From the NCBI GenBank assembly GCA_030710605.1, contig CP092864.1, positions 139,423,418 to 139,487,417 of the forward strand: a stretch of DNA of 64,000 nt, written 5' to 3'. The notes under the pieces are model-generated. The model searched no databases and was not told where the DNA came from. It saw nothing but the letters and a program-made list of their open reading frames with translations. A program made the translations under genes and the position numbers. Positions 49,050 to 61,705 of this stretch are shown one piece after another (position 1 is the stretch's first letter; every line of letters begins with the position of its first letter). The DNA is from Cordylochernes scorpioides (taxonomy: Eukaryota).

Positions 49050-49374
49050 AGGGGGGTCGGTGGAAGGCTGGTTAAACCGTTTGGTTTTCGACCACTACGA
49101 CCCGGGTTCGATTCCCGCATTGGACACTTTTTTTCTGTTTTAAAAATAAATATAAAAAAATGCTCCAATGGCCCCCGATTCTTGCAAAAGTCCAGCCCCA
49201 CCAGCGAGTGCAAGTAACCAAACGGGGCTCTGGCACATTTGTAAGTGCAAAGTCGAATTGCTTTTCACATGTGTAGACATGTGGTGCGCTTACAGTAAAA
49301 AAAGCAGCCGCTAACTACCCACCATGATTATCATGGCCTGTACCACGTGTACTAGGGATAAGCAAAAAAAAAAA
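49050..49374 (+). mobile_element. tRNA-derived SINE copy (full), TSD gtcttattt
   Basis: aggggggtcggtggaaggctggttaaaccgtttgg...actagggataagc(a)11; flanking gtcttattt on both sides. Confidence 0.85.
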
Positions 49375-49707
49375 GTCTTATTTTCATGTATCTATAATCT
49401 ATAATCCAAATTGTGCTTTATTATCTATGGTAGTAATAAGATTGCTCTGTTGTTACAATAAATACTTGATAGAAAAGTAAAGAAAGTCCCATATGAAGCA
49501 AAATCCAAATGACCTAAAATCCAAAAATAAAATATATTTCCTACTTATATAAAACTAGCCGAATGACCCGGGCAACTGCCCGGGTTTTACCCGATTAAAT
49601 GCTTTTATTCAAATACTATTCGTTACAATTATAAATTGGCGCCGTGGATGTCATTCTTGTATAATATATAAATGAGTTTTGAAAATTGTAAAAAAAAAAA
49701 AAAAAAA

Positions 49708-49777
49708 TGCATCGGCCGGGAATCGAACCCGGGCCGCCACGTGGCAGGCAAGCATTCTACCACTGAACCACCGATGG
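49708..49777 (-). pseudogene. tRNA-Gly(GCC)-like sequence followed by a 19-nt oligo-T; probable tRNA pseudogene/SINE head embedded in a conserved ~220-bp repeat
   Basis: rc = cCATCGGTGGTTCAGTGGTAGAATGCTTGCCTGCCACGTGGCGGCCCGGGTTCGATTCCCGGCCGATGCA. Near-identical to canonical tRNA-Gly-GCC, with a compensatory pair in the acceptor stem. G1 is replaced by C and the anticodon stem is weakened. Confidence 0.6.
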
Positions 49778-50299
49778 TTATGAGAAATGGCCATATTTGG
49801 GTATTTATTCCATTCACAAAAGCAAACAGTGACAGAATTGATTGATGACTCTGATACTTAAAAATATTAATAAGAGACAATCTGAGTAAAGTAAAATATA
49901 TATATAGAACAAGATACAACTGATATAAAATCGAGATTAACAAAATGCTGGCACAAATTAAATTGATTTAGTTTTTTAAAAAAAAAACAGCTTTTTATTC
50001 TTTATATACAAGGTTGTCCCAAAAGTTTGAAAACACTTGCAAAAAAATTTGAAATACCAATATTATTTGGCGTTATGTATAATGTCATTGTATTATGTAT
50101 AAAGTAATTGTATTATTATATATTTGCCGTAATAATATTATTCGCCAAGTAATAAGAAAAAGATTTTAAGAAAACATAAACTTTTGGGACAACCTTATAT
50201 TAAGTTAGAAATCCATTAAGACAAAACTGGGGCATTGTTCGGGTCAATTGTCTAGTGGATATAAAGCTTTTACTTTTCCATACAAAACGACATTACAAG

Positions 50300-50880
50300 A
50301 ATGGATAAATTTAAGCTATACTCTCACTACAAAGACATTCACATATCTTTCATGATGGAGGGATACCTTTTAGGGGATTTTCCTTTCCCAGTTGTGAGAC
50401 TACTTGCACAAGTTAGAATACTTTCAAGTTTTTTTAGAGAAAACCACACCAAGATGCTCTGCGGTGAGGACCCGATTTGTACCTTCTGTAATTCAAAACT
50501 AAAAAATGAAATCACCCACTTTATTTTTGATTGCTCTGCTCTGAAAGAAGAAAGAAGAACCCTTATGCTCAAAACTGGGCAACTCTGTGCTTCACTCCCA
50601 TCAATAATTGACAATATGACCCAGAATAAGTATATTGCTACGGCGTTTTATGGTTTCCACAAGTCCATATCTCAGAAGAAGGCCAAGTGACACTCACTCC
50701 TCACTTTCTTACTGCTACTCTTTTTGTGTTGTTTTTTTTGCTTCCCTCTTTCTCTTTTTTTTCTTCTGTTTATATTGTTGTTTCCTTTGTTTCACTGCTT
50801 TGTTCTTATGCATACCTCTGGTGAATCCTGTATAGGGTCAGTGACCCTGAATAAAGGCTTTTTGTTGTTGTTGTTATTGC
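50300..50880 (+). mobile_element. LINE 3' end (RT C-terminus plus 3' UTR ending in a TTG repeat); copies inverted at 6545-6870 and 55730-56170
   Basis: ORF 50301..50690 ...CTFCNSKLKNEITHFIFDCSALKEERRTLM...; the 3' UTR ...ggtgaatcctgtatagggtcagtgaccctgaataaaggcttttt(gtt)n is mirrored at 6580-6620 and 55750-55790. Confidence 0.7.
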
Positions 50881-51936
50881 TTTTACTTTTCCAGCCAGTC
50901 CCCATTGTTGACTGTATAATGCAAGGAGATCCTATATGAATGGATTCACTTCATCAACTTGCACTGTTAATGTTAAAGCACAATTTGGATTATAGATTTT
51001 AATAAAAGAAAACAAGACCTAATCCAAATAATTTATTAGTGTGTGACGTTTCGGCAACAACATTGTCACCATCATCAGACATTTATTCTTTTGTCTGATG
51101 ATGGTGACAATGTTGTTGCCGAAACTTCACACACTAATAAATTATTTGGATTAGGTCTTGTTTTCTTTTATTGCACAGTTAAATACAAGAAAATAAGAAC
51201 TAATCCAAATAAATTAATAGTATTTGACATTTCGATAACAATGCTGTTCCTGAAGTGTCACACACTATTAATTTATTTGGATAAGGTCTTATTTTCTTGT
51301 ATTTAACTGTATAAGATGTTGAAGTACTATGTACCAAGTGCAATTCTCAGCCTGCAACCCCAAGACATATTATTGACTGTATTGACTCATCCATTGATGA
51401 GTTCTACTCTTCCCCGGCAGACACCATCAAAAATCTCAAGCTTTACAAGCTTGATACCTTAGTGTGATTGAGTGGAGATAAGAAAGAAGAAGAAAAAGAA
51501 GATGTTGAAGTGAATATTGGTAACAACACTGTTACCTAAACGTCACACACTATTAATTTATTCGAATTAGGTCTTATGGTGGTGTTGGTCAATATGGTAT
51601 TATTGGTCATGTTAGCACCATACATAGATCAGCCATCTTTGAATATCATTTTACAAATCTTATGCAATTCTCTCTTATAATGCCAGACCACACTATTTGA
51701 TTATCAAAACAATCTTTCCTTGGTCAACCATTCTTCAATAGGTCCAGCCTGGTCAAAATACTTCATTTAAATAGCAATCATGGAGTAAAGTCATTTCTGA
51801 GGTCATGGAACACCATTTTACTCTGCTCATGAACAAATCTTTTTACTTCTTTGTGTTTATCAATATAGTCTCCATTAAATCTTTTCCAAAGTAGCTACAA
51901 GAATTATTATTCACTGAATCACTTTTCCAAACTAAT

Positions 51937-52107
51937 AAAACCTCTCTGTAAAGGACACCTAGTTACAGAGCAAAAGTGTCCTTTATGAAGAGGTGTTTTC
52001 TTACTGGAGAGTTGCTAAATAGTAAAAATGGGAATTTTAACAATGAAAACTGCCCTTTGTAGAAAGGTGTTCTCTAGTCAGAGTGTCCTCTCATGGAGAT
52101 TTTACTG
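51937..52107 (-). mobile_element. MITE family A copy (diverged)
   Basis: aaaacctctctgtaaaggacacctagttacagagc...ggagattttactg. Confidence 0.65.
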
Positions 52108-53498
52108 TAAGACCAAATCCAAATAAATTATAAGTGTGTGACGTTCTGGTAACAACGCTGTTACTGAAACGTTTAGTTATTTAGATTTGGTCTTATTACT
52201 TAGTAGTTATAAAAGATTGTGCCTTATCAATCTTCTCCAAACTTCTTTGTGTCTTCTATCAATAGGGTCTCCATTAAATTTTCTCCAAGCTTCTTTGTTA
52301 GCCAGAGTCTATTTGATATCTTGAAGATTCTTCCAAAAATTTTCTAATATAAGGTAATAAGACAAAATACAAATAAATAAATAGTGTATGACATTTCATA
52401 CAAAAGTACTGAGTGTTGTAATTCTAATCTATAATTGTGCCTATTCTACCACCCAACTAGATGAAAGAGACCTCCTCCGTACCATCAAAACCCAATGCCT
52501 GCAGGAATGGAAATCTGATGCTGGACATGACTGGTACAGAGCAGGAGGGATAAGCACCGGTTCTGTCCTCCCAAGAGAACAACAGTCTTTGATTTCCAGA
52601 CTTAAGTCTGGTCATCTACGGACAATGACTTTCCAGAATGGTTGCAAGGTTTTCCCACTATGTACTAAGTGCAAATTCTCAGCATGCAACCCCAAGACAT
52701 ATTATTGACTGTATTGACTCATCCATTGATGAGCTCTACTCTTCCCCGGCAGACACCATCACAAGCTCTATAAGCTTGATACCTTAGTGTGATTGAGTGG
52801 AGATAAGAAAGAAGAAGATTGTGTCTTATCATCTCTCTAATATAGAAACACACAAAATAGAGGGAAATTTTTACCTTAATGAAGAGGTGTTTCCCTCTGC
52901 TTACCAAGCCCCTATATAGAGTTACTGATGTTGGTCTTAAATTCCAGGAGTAAGCGGCTATCTTTAGTTGTACTTCACTTCCCTCACACCATACATCCTT
53001 CCTGATTGTTGCCTACTAACGGAGTTTACATGCCATTGGCCAACACCATGTTGCAATACCTGGCAACACCTTCAAATTATGGAGACTTTTTTGTGTGTGT
53101 GACTCATTAAAAAAAGGTTATTGACAAAAAATAGAAAAGGAGATTGCATAAGAACATTAAATCCTATTGTATCTTACTAATATGCATCCAGTAAATTCCA
53201 AGGTGACTGAAGACTTCAATAAATGATGCAATAAAGAGAGACCATTTTTTTACAATGGATTTTAAAAATAAAAGGATTTTATTTGCATATATCTAAAGCA
53301 CAAAGAGATGAACGGTACAATTATTGTTACGTGATTGTATAGTTATGTAAAAAGGATTGAAATATCTATATAAGCCTTGAGAAAGATGAAATAGCAAAAA
53401 AAAAGGTGTAGCAGAAGAATTATACTGCATTTATTATTTATGTGGGTGCTTTCTTATTAAAAAAAAAAGGGTAAATTTAAGAGAAAGAGTAAAATATA

Positions 53499-53773
53499 CC
53501 TATCCCCCGATTTACACGGTACTTTTTTTACACGTTTTCGTTTTACACGGTTTTCCAAATAAGTTTTTTTTTTAATCGCACTATACTAAATGCTACTGTG
53601 ATTGAACACATGCGCTGTGTACACATCTCACGAGGAATCCCGGAGCTTATGTGCTGACTACATATTTTAACTTGTAAATGCATTTTATTTTTATTTCTGT
53701 GTACACCTAACGCCCCGATTTACACGTTTTCTCAGGAACGTATCTACCGTGTAAATCGGGGGATAGGTGTATA
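53499..53773 (+). mobile_element. MITE family C copy
   Basis: Same TIRs; internal sequence collinear with the 26233 copy. Confidence 0.75.
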
Positions 53774-54892
53774 TATTTTAAAAAGAGGATTCTGAAGAGA
53801 GAAAAGAGCCCGGTGACTTACTTGTGGGTTGTCACTGACAAAGGTGAGATAAAGTGGAAGATATTTATCGGAGAGTGATAAGTTTCACAATGGCTGGAAA
53901 TAACTGGTTACTTGCCACCCTGCACCAATCTTGCAGCATAAATGGATCCTTGTGTTTTTTATCCTTATCATTATCATGCAACTTCTTTCAATAGAATAGG
54001 CAACAAGACTCAAGTCCTGCAGCCTCAACTAGAATTTCTAAGCAACTAAATACAGTTTAGTTGAAATACCTCTCTGTTAAGGACAACACCTAGCTGTAGG
54101 GCCAAAGTGTCCTTTAGGGAAAGATGTCCTCTTATTTGAGAGTTAGTCTTTTTCTTTCTTATTTTCACTCAATCATATTAGGGTATCAAGCGTGTAGATC
54201 TTAAGACTAGAAAGTTAGTATATAGTAATAATGGTAATTGCCTCTCTCAATCCGATAGTCAACAAATATATAATTGGATGAATGCAATGATATTTGATCA
54301 AGGTCTCCTCTTTGGTTTATATAAATCTCAAACAAAATATATCACTCTCCACCATTTACCTTATAAAATGTCAACTTTAATTCAACTCTTTGCTAAAATC
54401 CAAATCCCAGTCAGCCAGTGTAAAAAGGTCATAATTTCTTGCACACTTGTTGACAGCAAATTCTCCTAGAAAATGTCCACTAACAGTGAATATGTTGCGA
54501 TGCATTAGCCAAATCTATGGCCAAAATATAGATGGAAATTTTGCTGGGAGGTTAATGATCAATAAAAACTTAGGTCACCTACACCATCAAAATAAACGTC
54601 AAACTTTTTTCTTTCAACCATTATTGATCATTAACTTCCCGGCAAAATTTCTAAAGTATTTTTAATGAAATATGATCAATACTTATACTTTTAGGATCAA
54701 CAAGAGATCTATTTGAAGGATGGGTCTTGAAGGATGAAGGGAGAAATTGACCAAAGAAAGGATTGGTTCGATAATATCCAAAAATTTTAATATATTGCCA
54801 CGTGGAAAATTAAGAAAGACAAAATTCAGGATGATACAGCAGTTTATTTTAACTCTTGATTAGAAATACACGTTTTTCCCTGATTTATAATA

Positions 54893-55155
54893 CACCTATC
54901 CCCCGATTTACACGGTACTTTTTTACACGGTTTTCCAAATAAGTTTTTTTGTTATTTTTATCGCATTATACTAAATGCTACTGTGATTGAACACATGCGC
55001 TGTGTACACATCTCACGAGGAATCCCGAGCTTATGTGCTGACTACATATTTTAACCTGTCAATGCATTTTATTTTTATTTCTGTGTACACCTATCCTCCG
55101 ATTCACACGTTTTTCTCAGGAACGTATCTACCGTGTAAATCGGGGGATAGCTGTA
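54893..55155 (+). mobile_element. MITE family C copy
   Basis: Same TIRs. Confidence 0.75.
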
Positions 55156-56321
55156 TTTTAAAATAAATAAAGCTTCCAGGGCTAAGTTTCTTGTTCAACT
55201 TTTTATTTTCAATTCAGATTTATTAACGTGATACTCCTGTTGAAGGACTGACAAGTCCGAAAGCTTGAAAATAAAAAGTTGAACAAGAAACTTAACCCTG
55301 GAGAAGCTTTATTTATTTTATAAAAATTTATTTTAAGGCAAGAAAAAACTATATGAATGATAAACAAAAGATAAGCAAAGAGGGAAGTTTACAGATTAGA
55401 AAAAATATATAAACATAAAAAAAATGATACTCTGTTAATAAAATGAAAAATACTCTGCTACAATATAAAAAGATGAAGAATTGGATAGAACAAGATGAAA
55501 TGGCATTCCATGAATGTTAATCTGTATTTGGAGATGGTATTCTATGTGATGATGAAAGTAAGCCAATCTTTACATCACCTTTACATTTCTATCTTATTTA
55601 CCTAACTCTACAGTGACCTGAAATCGAATAAATGAGATTAACTACAGATGAGTGTATCAATGAGCAAAGTATTTAAGTACAATACAAAATTATTAACAAA
55701 TGGTGCTATTAATTACAGTTATCTTCACTACAACAACAAAACAACAAAAAGCCTTTATTTAGGGTCACTGACCCTATACAGGATTCACCAGAGGTATGCA
55801 TAAGAACAAAGCAGTGAGACAAAGGAAACACCAATATAAACAGAAGAAGAAAAAAAGAAAGAGAAAGAGGGAAGCAAGAAAAACAACACAAAAAGAGTAG
55901 CAGTAAGAAAGTGAGGAGTGAGTGTCACTTGGCCTTCTTCTGAGATATGGACTTGTGGAAACCATAAAACGCTGTAGCAATATACTTATTCTGGGTCATA
56001 TTGTCAATTATTGATGGAAGTGAAGCACAGAGTTGCCCAGTTTTGAGCATAAGGGTTCTTCTTTCAGAGCAGAGCAATCAAAAATATAGTGAGTGATTTC
56101 ATTTTTTAGTTTTGAATTACAGAAGGTACAAATCGGGTCCTCACCGCAGAGCATCTTGGTGTGGTTTTCTCTAAAAAAACTTGAAAGTATTCTAACTTGT
56201 GCGAGTAGTTATCTTCACTATAACAATTAGGGGACCAAGATTTCTAATTGTTGTTATGCCCATTGTTAAAACAATTTGGGATTTAAAAACTGGGACCTTA
56301 GAATTATGTCACAGAAGAACC

Positions 56322-56486
56322 TCCAAGAGAGAACACTCCAGCTAGAGGACACCTCTCTACAAAGGACAGTTTTCATTGTCAAAATTACCATTTTTACTAT
56401 TTAACAACTCACCGGTAAGAGGACACCTCTTCATAAAGGACATTTTTGCTCTGAAACTAGGTGTCCTTTACAGAGAGGTTCTACTG
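56322..56486 (+). mobile_element. MITE family A copy
   Basis: cagaagaacctccaagagagaacac...cagagaggttctactg. Confidence 0.7.
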
Positions 56487-56539
56487 TATAACCAAATTTC
56501 TGCTATGAGAGAGCAACAATACAATTTTAGAATTTTTTT

Positions 56540-56830
56540 AAATTAGTATTATTATCCCTAGTTCACGTGATACTCATGGCAATAGTTGGTGGCTGCTTTT
56601 ACTGTAAGTGCACTACATGTCTACACATATGAAAATCAGTTCGACTTTGCACTTACAAGTGTGCCAAAGCCCTTGCACCTGCTGGTGAGGTTGGACTTTG
56701 CAAGAATCAGGGGCCATTAGAGCACTTTTTAAAATATATTTTTAGAAAAAAAAAAGTGACCTATGCAGGATTCAATCCCAGGTCGTAGTGATCAAAAACC
56801 AACAGTTTAGACCACTTGTCCTACTGACCC
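56540..56830 (-). mobile_element. tRNA-derived SINE copy (inverted)
   Basis: ...ctgtaagtgcactacatgtctacacat...caggattcaatcccaggtcgtagtgatcaaaaaccaacagtttagaccacttgtcc. Confidence 0.7.
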
Positions 56831-59254
56831 CCCTTGGTTTTTGAGTAACCACCTATAGCTAAAAAAACTTAAAATCACTTATGAACCGCTTTCTTTTATT
56901 AAGTTAAAACCAAAATTTTACTGACTAAATGGGAAAATAGGATTATTTAGGAGGGCCTCGCTCATCAGTGGAAAACCTTCCAGTGTTTTCAGCAGTTTAA
57001 TCTACACTCATGGACAAAACTTAGGTAGAAAGTCTTTTATGTCGCCAGTCATCTATTTGTTTGAAGGAGCTAGAGACAGTTTTGTTCAAAATTGGTTATC
57101 CCGTCTGTTCGTCTGTCTTCAATAAAGGTCATTATATGTACCAAATATCTTTCAGAATTATTATCTGAATCCCGATATACATGCTAAAAGGTACAACATC
57201 CTTAAATTTTATCCATGAGCCTACCACTTTACAATTGTATTTTGGCAATCTGACAATTCATAGGAATTCTTAATGAAAGTATTTAAAGTATTTATTTGGC
57301 TTTGGAGTTAATAGAAATTTAGATAATTAATTATATATTTTACTATGTTGATCCTGTGAACTTCAACAATGGAAAAAATAATAATTTCTAATTGGCTGGA
57401 GATGAATATTGAACTCTGCCATTTTCGTTTTCCCATCCTAATGCTTGCATCAAGTATTATATGTGAATACATCAATGATCAATAATCTATAATCTGACGA
57501 GTATAAAAAACGTTTGACATCCATTAAAAAATACATTAATTGCTTAGGTAAAATCACTTTTATATATTCATATTCGAGTTTATATTATGATAGTAAATAC
57601 CTAAATGTACCTCAATTAGAGGCTTATTTTTAATTGTAAAATGGAGGGTATTGAAAACTTTTGCTTTGGCAACATTTTTATCAAATTACATCGTATAAAA
57701 TGTAAGCTCCATTTAGGTACGCCTTTTTGGCATTTAAATTGCAAAGAGAGAGAAATTACATTTAAATTATTATATAAGATATTAATAGTTCGAAATGGTT
57801 TTGGTTTCGTTTTATTTCTAAAGTGAATTCGCTATAATATTTTGTTTAAAAACCGACGTTAAAAGACAACTTACCCCTTTAAATCGCAATATGCCGGAGG
57901 ATTATAGTAAAAAAAAAAACAACAAAATTACGCAATATTCTGAAAGTTATTTCAGAGTGACCAAATTTTTAATTGATTTGCAAAAAAAAAAAACAATATA
58001 TTTTTATCCTTCTTACATATAATATACATACCAATAAAAATTACCAAAATACGATCCCCTAACAATTTATATAAAATAAATAAAGTTCAAGATCATTTAT
58101 GGGTACTCCAATTTTAGATAACCCCTATAAAATGAAAGCTCATTGAATATTTAATGGTATTTGATACTGCCTAAGAAAACAGGAGAGAATCCCCCTTTTT
58201 TTTTTTTCCATCACTAGATAATATGCAATGATTTGATTTGGCGCCTTAAAAATCACCCATTTGTTCTAAAATTAGGATTGGGTTCTTATTAAATTATAGT
58301 TCTTTACTTTTATATAAATGAGAGGTGATTTGTGTGTATGTCAAAAATTGAGGTCTATTCAGCACCTATAGTTGATCCCCGAGGAAGACTATTTTTTCTT
58401 TAAAAAAAGAAAAGTTTTCAAGACCAAGATGGTACTTCTAGATGGTAGCCTTCGCCACACTTGTCATTTGCATAGCCTCAGAATGAAGCCAGGTTTGCAG
58501 ATCCAGGGGCAAGTCATTAGAGAAGAACACCTCCCAGAGCAGAGGTTGTGTTGGGGCACGTTTTTGTAACCATACCCCAACAGAAGGCGTATGTATAATC
58601 AAATCAAATGGATACATGGCTTCCCTCCCACATAGACTTACAGACCATTCTTTTTGCCCAGAAACCTAGACAACAGATGACACCAGACTTCCATGCCGAA
58701 AGCTGATGCCTGGTAAAGAAGAAGACATCCAGAGACATCCGAGCTGGAAACTGTTGTTTCATATGTACATATATTCCCCTCACCAAAAATTTAGGTAAAG
58801 GTGACCAGAAAAAAAAAATGGAGAAGGAAGATCTCTAAAAGACTGAACCGAGAAAGGAAAGCGTTATATTACAGTGCAAGTGAAAAGGGGCCTGTGTCAA
58901 TTTTAGCTAAGACGGAGGGGGGGAGCGATATATATATATCATCCCGAGAAAAAGGGAGGATGATATTTCAATCCATGTGGATGGGAGGGCTGGCGTCTGA
59001 AATTTTACACTATCGCCGTAGATGTTACTCTCTTTAGATTTTTGTTTTGGTAATACTATATGTTCTATTTTGATGGAAGAGGCCTGGAGTCTGAAATCTT
59101 ACACTAGTGCCATGTTGTTTCTCTTTTGAGATTTTTTTTTGTTTTGGTAATACGATATGTTCTTTTTTTGGTGAGGCCTGGGGCGTCTATGAAATTGATA
59201 CTGGAGCCGTTGGCCATTTGGATTGGTTTTCTTTCGGCGAATGAAAATGGAGAG

Positions 59255-59390
59255 AGGGAGGATATAAAGGAAGGTTCTTTGCCAAAAGGCAGGATTCGAT
59301 CGGAGTCGCTCAGTGAGAAGGACGATTTTTAGACGGGCCTGAGACGTAGAGGAGACCAGACCTTGCCGCCGCTTTCGAGAGAAGGTAAGC
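59255..59390 (+). promoter_or_regulatory. Promoter-like module A: TATA (gatataaagg, 59261-59270) plus putative non-coding first exon ending at donor GAAG|GTAAGC (59385)
   Basis: About 95 bp downstream of the TATA: agacgggcctgagacgtagaggagaccagaccttgccgccgctttcgagagaag|gtaagc. Paralogous to module B. Confidence 0.45.
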
Positions 59391-61519
59391 CCCTTGCCAT
59401 TATGGCTTAGCCCCCTTTTTTTTTTTTTTTTTTTTTTTTCGAACAGAAGCTAATCTATTTAGATTCTGAATGGGCCCTAAAGGGCTTTAAGTGACTTAAA
59501 AAGGAGTGTTAGGGTTCGTATATTTTGTCCCGCTAGAATAGATGGAGATCTAGGTTTCCCCCCCTTTTTGTGTAGTAGCCAACCTAGATTTCGCATGGGC
59601 CTTAAAGGGCTATAAAGTAACTTCAGGTCACCTCTATCTAAATTTTACTATGTAAATAGCATATCTCGTCAGTATAGACATGTTCCCAAATTTTAAGATA
59701 TTTTAAATAAATGTCTAGAGAAATTTTCTTGTTTCCTCTGTTACCTATTTCATACATAATTTGCCTTATGGTGCTATTCCCACTGTTTAAATGAAATGTT
59801 GTATGTTTCTTACCTATTTGAAGGGAATGTTACTAATAATCAAGTCTCCCATAAATTACCGGCCACATACATTGCCGCGAGTGTCTGTGTTTCATTGTTT
59901 TATAGATTGCCCAATTTAATAACGATTTCATGGGTTGTCTGATAATATTGTATAATAGTGTCGCGGCTGTTTCCATCTTTAGACCATTGTTCTGACAATA
60001 TTATATGCTCGATCCTTGCTTTAGCTCAACTCTTAATCAATTACAGAGTTTTTCCCCCCTTTTCTTTTTTATTTATTTTATTTATCCTGTTTGCATAAAT
60101 TGCATTACATGTGATGATGTAAAGACATATGCCGATAGTGCATCACTGACAGCTGTGCTGCTATTATACAACATTAAGGTCTTGCTGTGGGTTATATACA
60201 TGGGGTTGTTGGCCTAAATTGCTATATATATATATACTTAAGTAAGGAAACTTTTAATAAGATACATCGTGTATCCTCCCTTTTCAACTATCCAAACCGG
60301 GAACCCATCAATGTCGCCCGCCGCGGGGCTCGAATTTAGTATATGTTTCTTCCCCTATACTTTAGAAATATATACCTAATGAAAAGCCATACTATTTTTA
60401 AGTATTGGTGAAGTAGTCCACGCATCCTGAGATTAACAGTCTATTATAAATCGTGAATTTTAATTTATGCTTTCCGTTTCACTGGCATTTTATCAGGCAA
60501 TGAAAGTTATGTTGAGGCGGTGTATACCGCATCTCTCGCCGCTGTCTTTTACGATTCACATTGTTTGTGGCAAAAACCTTAATATTATCATTGATTTCTG
60601 ATATCAAAGTAAAACGTCTATGGGGATGAGTATCTTGTATTCTGGTCTTCTCGAGCTTTCGAGCTTGTCCGCCCTTCTACAGGAGAAACATATACAATAT
60701 ATCAAGAAAATATAACGTCGCCTGATGCTAAAACTATTATGATTCTATGTACATATATATATATACATTAGGAAGTTTTGCATATTATTTGTTTTCTTAA
60801 GACATATTTTTTTGATTAAGGTATTACACATATTCTACTATTGTTTGCTATATTCTATGAATTATCTTATAGGTTAGAAATTCTATTATTTAAGTAGTTT
60901 TATAATAGTTATTGGCTATGTTGGGTCAGTTTTTCCATTAAACAAAACCCAACAAAGATGTAAACATTCATTTACATCATATAAACATATATATACGCAG
61001 TGTCTCGCCGAAGTGTTTGTTGCCTAGGTGGAAAACTCCCAACGATGGCCGACGATGCTCTAAAGGCCCCCTTCCCTGACGCAGGGCCTCCCTTGGAAGG
61101 ATGTGCAAAGGGCAGACACGTGAAGACACGGGTGACATCCAGAGACATCCGTGCTGAGAACTGCTGTACCATATGTACATATATTGCTGTACCATATGTA
61201 CATATATTCCCCTCATTTCCTTTTGGTAGTAGGTGACCTAAGGAAAACAATGTGTCATTTAAACATATAAATTAATAATTTTATATACTCGGGATATATA
61301 TATATATTTTTAATATAATCAAAATATATATATATATTAATTAATTCCCAAAGGAATTAATTTTAGGGGTTAATTTGTTTTATCCAATATACGATTTCTT
61401 TCTCGCGCGGCAACACGGGAAATTGGGGGCGTGGTCATGGGGGGACGTGCGTGTTTTCTTCCGACGAATGGAGATGCCCATTGATCACGTGGGTGTTTGC
61501 CCTCGGCGAATCAAAATGC

Positions 61520-61705
61520 CAGCCAATAAAGGCTTTGGCATGATCAACGAATGGAAATGAAGAAAGACTAGTATAAAAGGGCCCGTTTTTGACTAAAAAA
61601 GGATCAGACAGAGAGAGCCGCTCAGTGACAGTAGAGAATTTATCCAGACGAGCCTGGGACGTAGAGGAGACAGTCCGTGCCGCCGCTTTCCGAAAGAAGG
61701 TAAGC
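61520..61705 (+). promoter_or_regulatory. Promoter-like module B: CArG/CCAAT-like CCAATAAAGG (61524-61533), E-box CACGTG, TATA (gtataaaagg, 61571-61580), putative non-coding first exon ending at donor AAGG|TAAGC (61700)
   Basis: agacgagcctgggacgtagaggagacagtccgtgccgccgctttccgaaagaag|gtaagc. Part of a ~1.2-kb duplicated segment (58600-59890 vs 61000-62170). Confidence 0.45.

Noticed and set aside
49708-49777. Functional tRNA-Gly gene
   Set aside because: Position 1 is C opposite C72 (no G1-C72 pair) and the anticodon stem has only one Watson-Crick pair. It is embedded in a multi-copy repeat with truncated siblings, so it was called a pseudogene/SINE head instead.
59221-59260. Heat-shock element in promoter-like module A (ttctttcggcgaatgaaaatgg)
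   Set aside because: The GAA/TTC spacing does not fit the nGAAnnTTCnnGAAn register.
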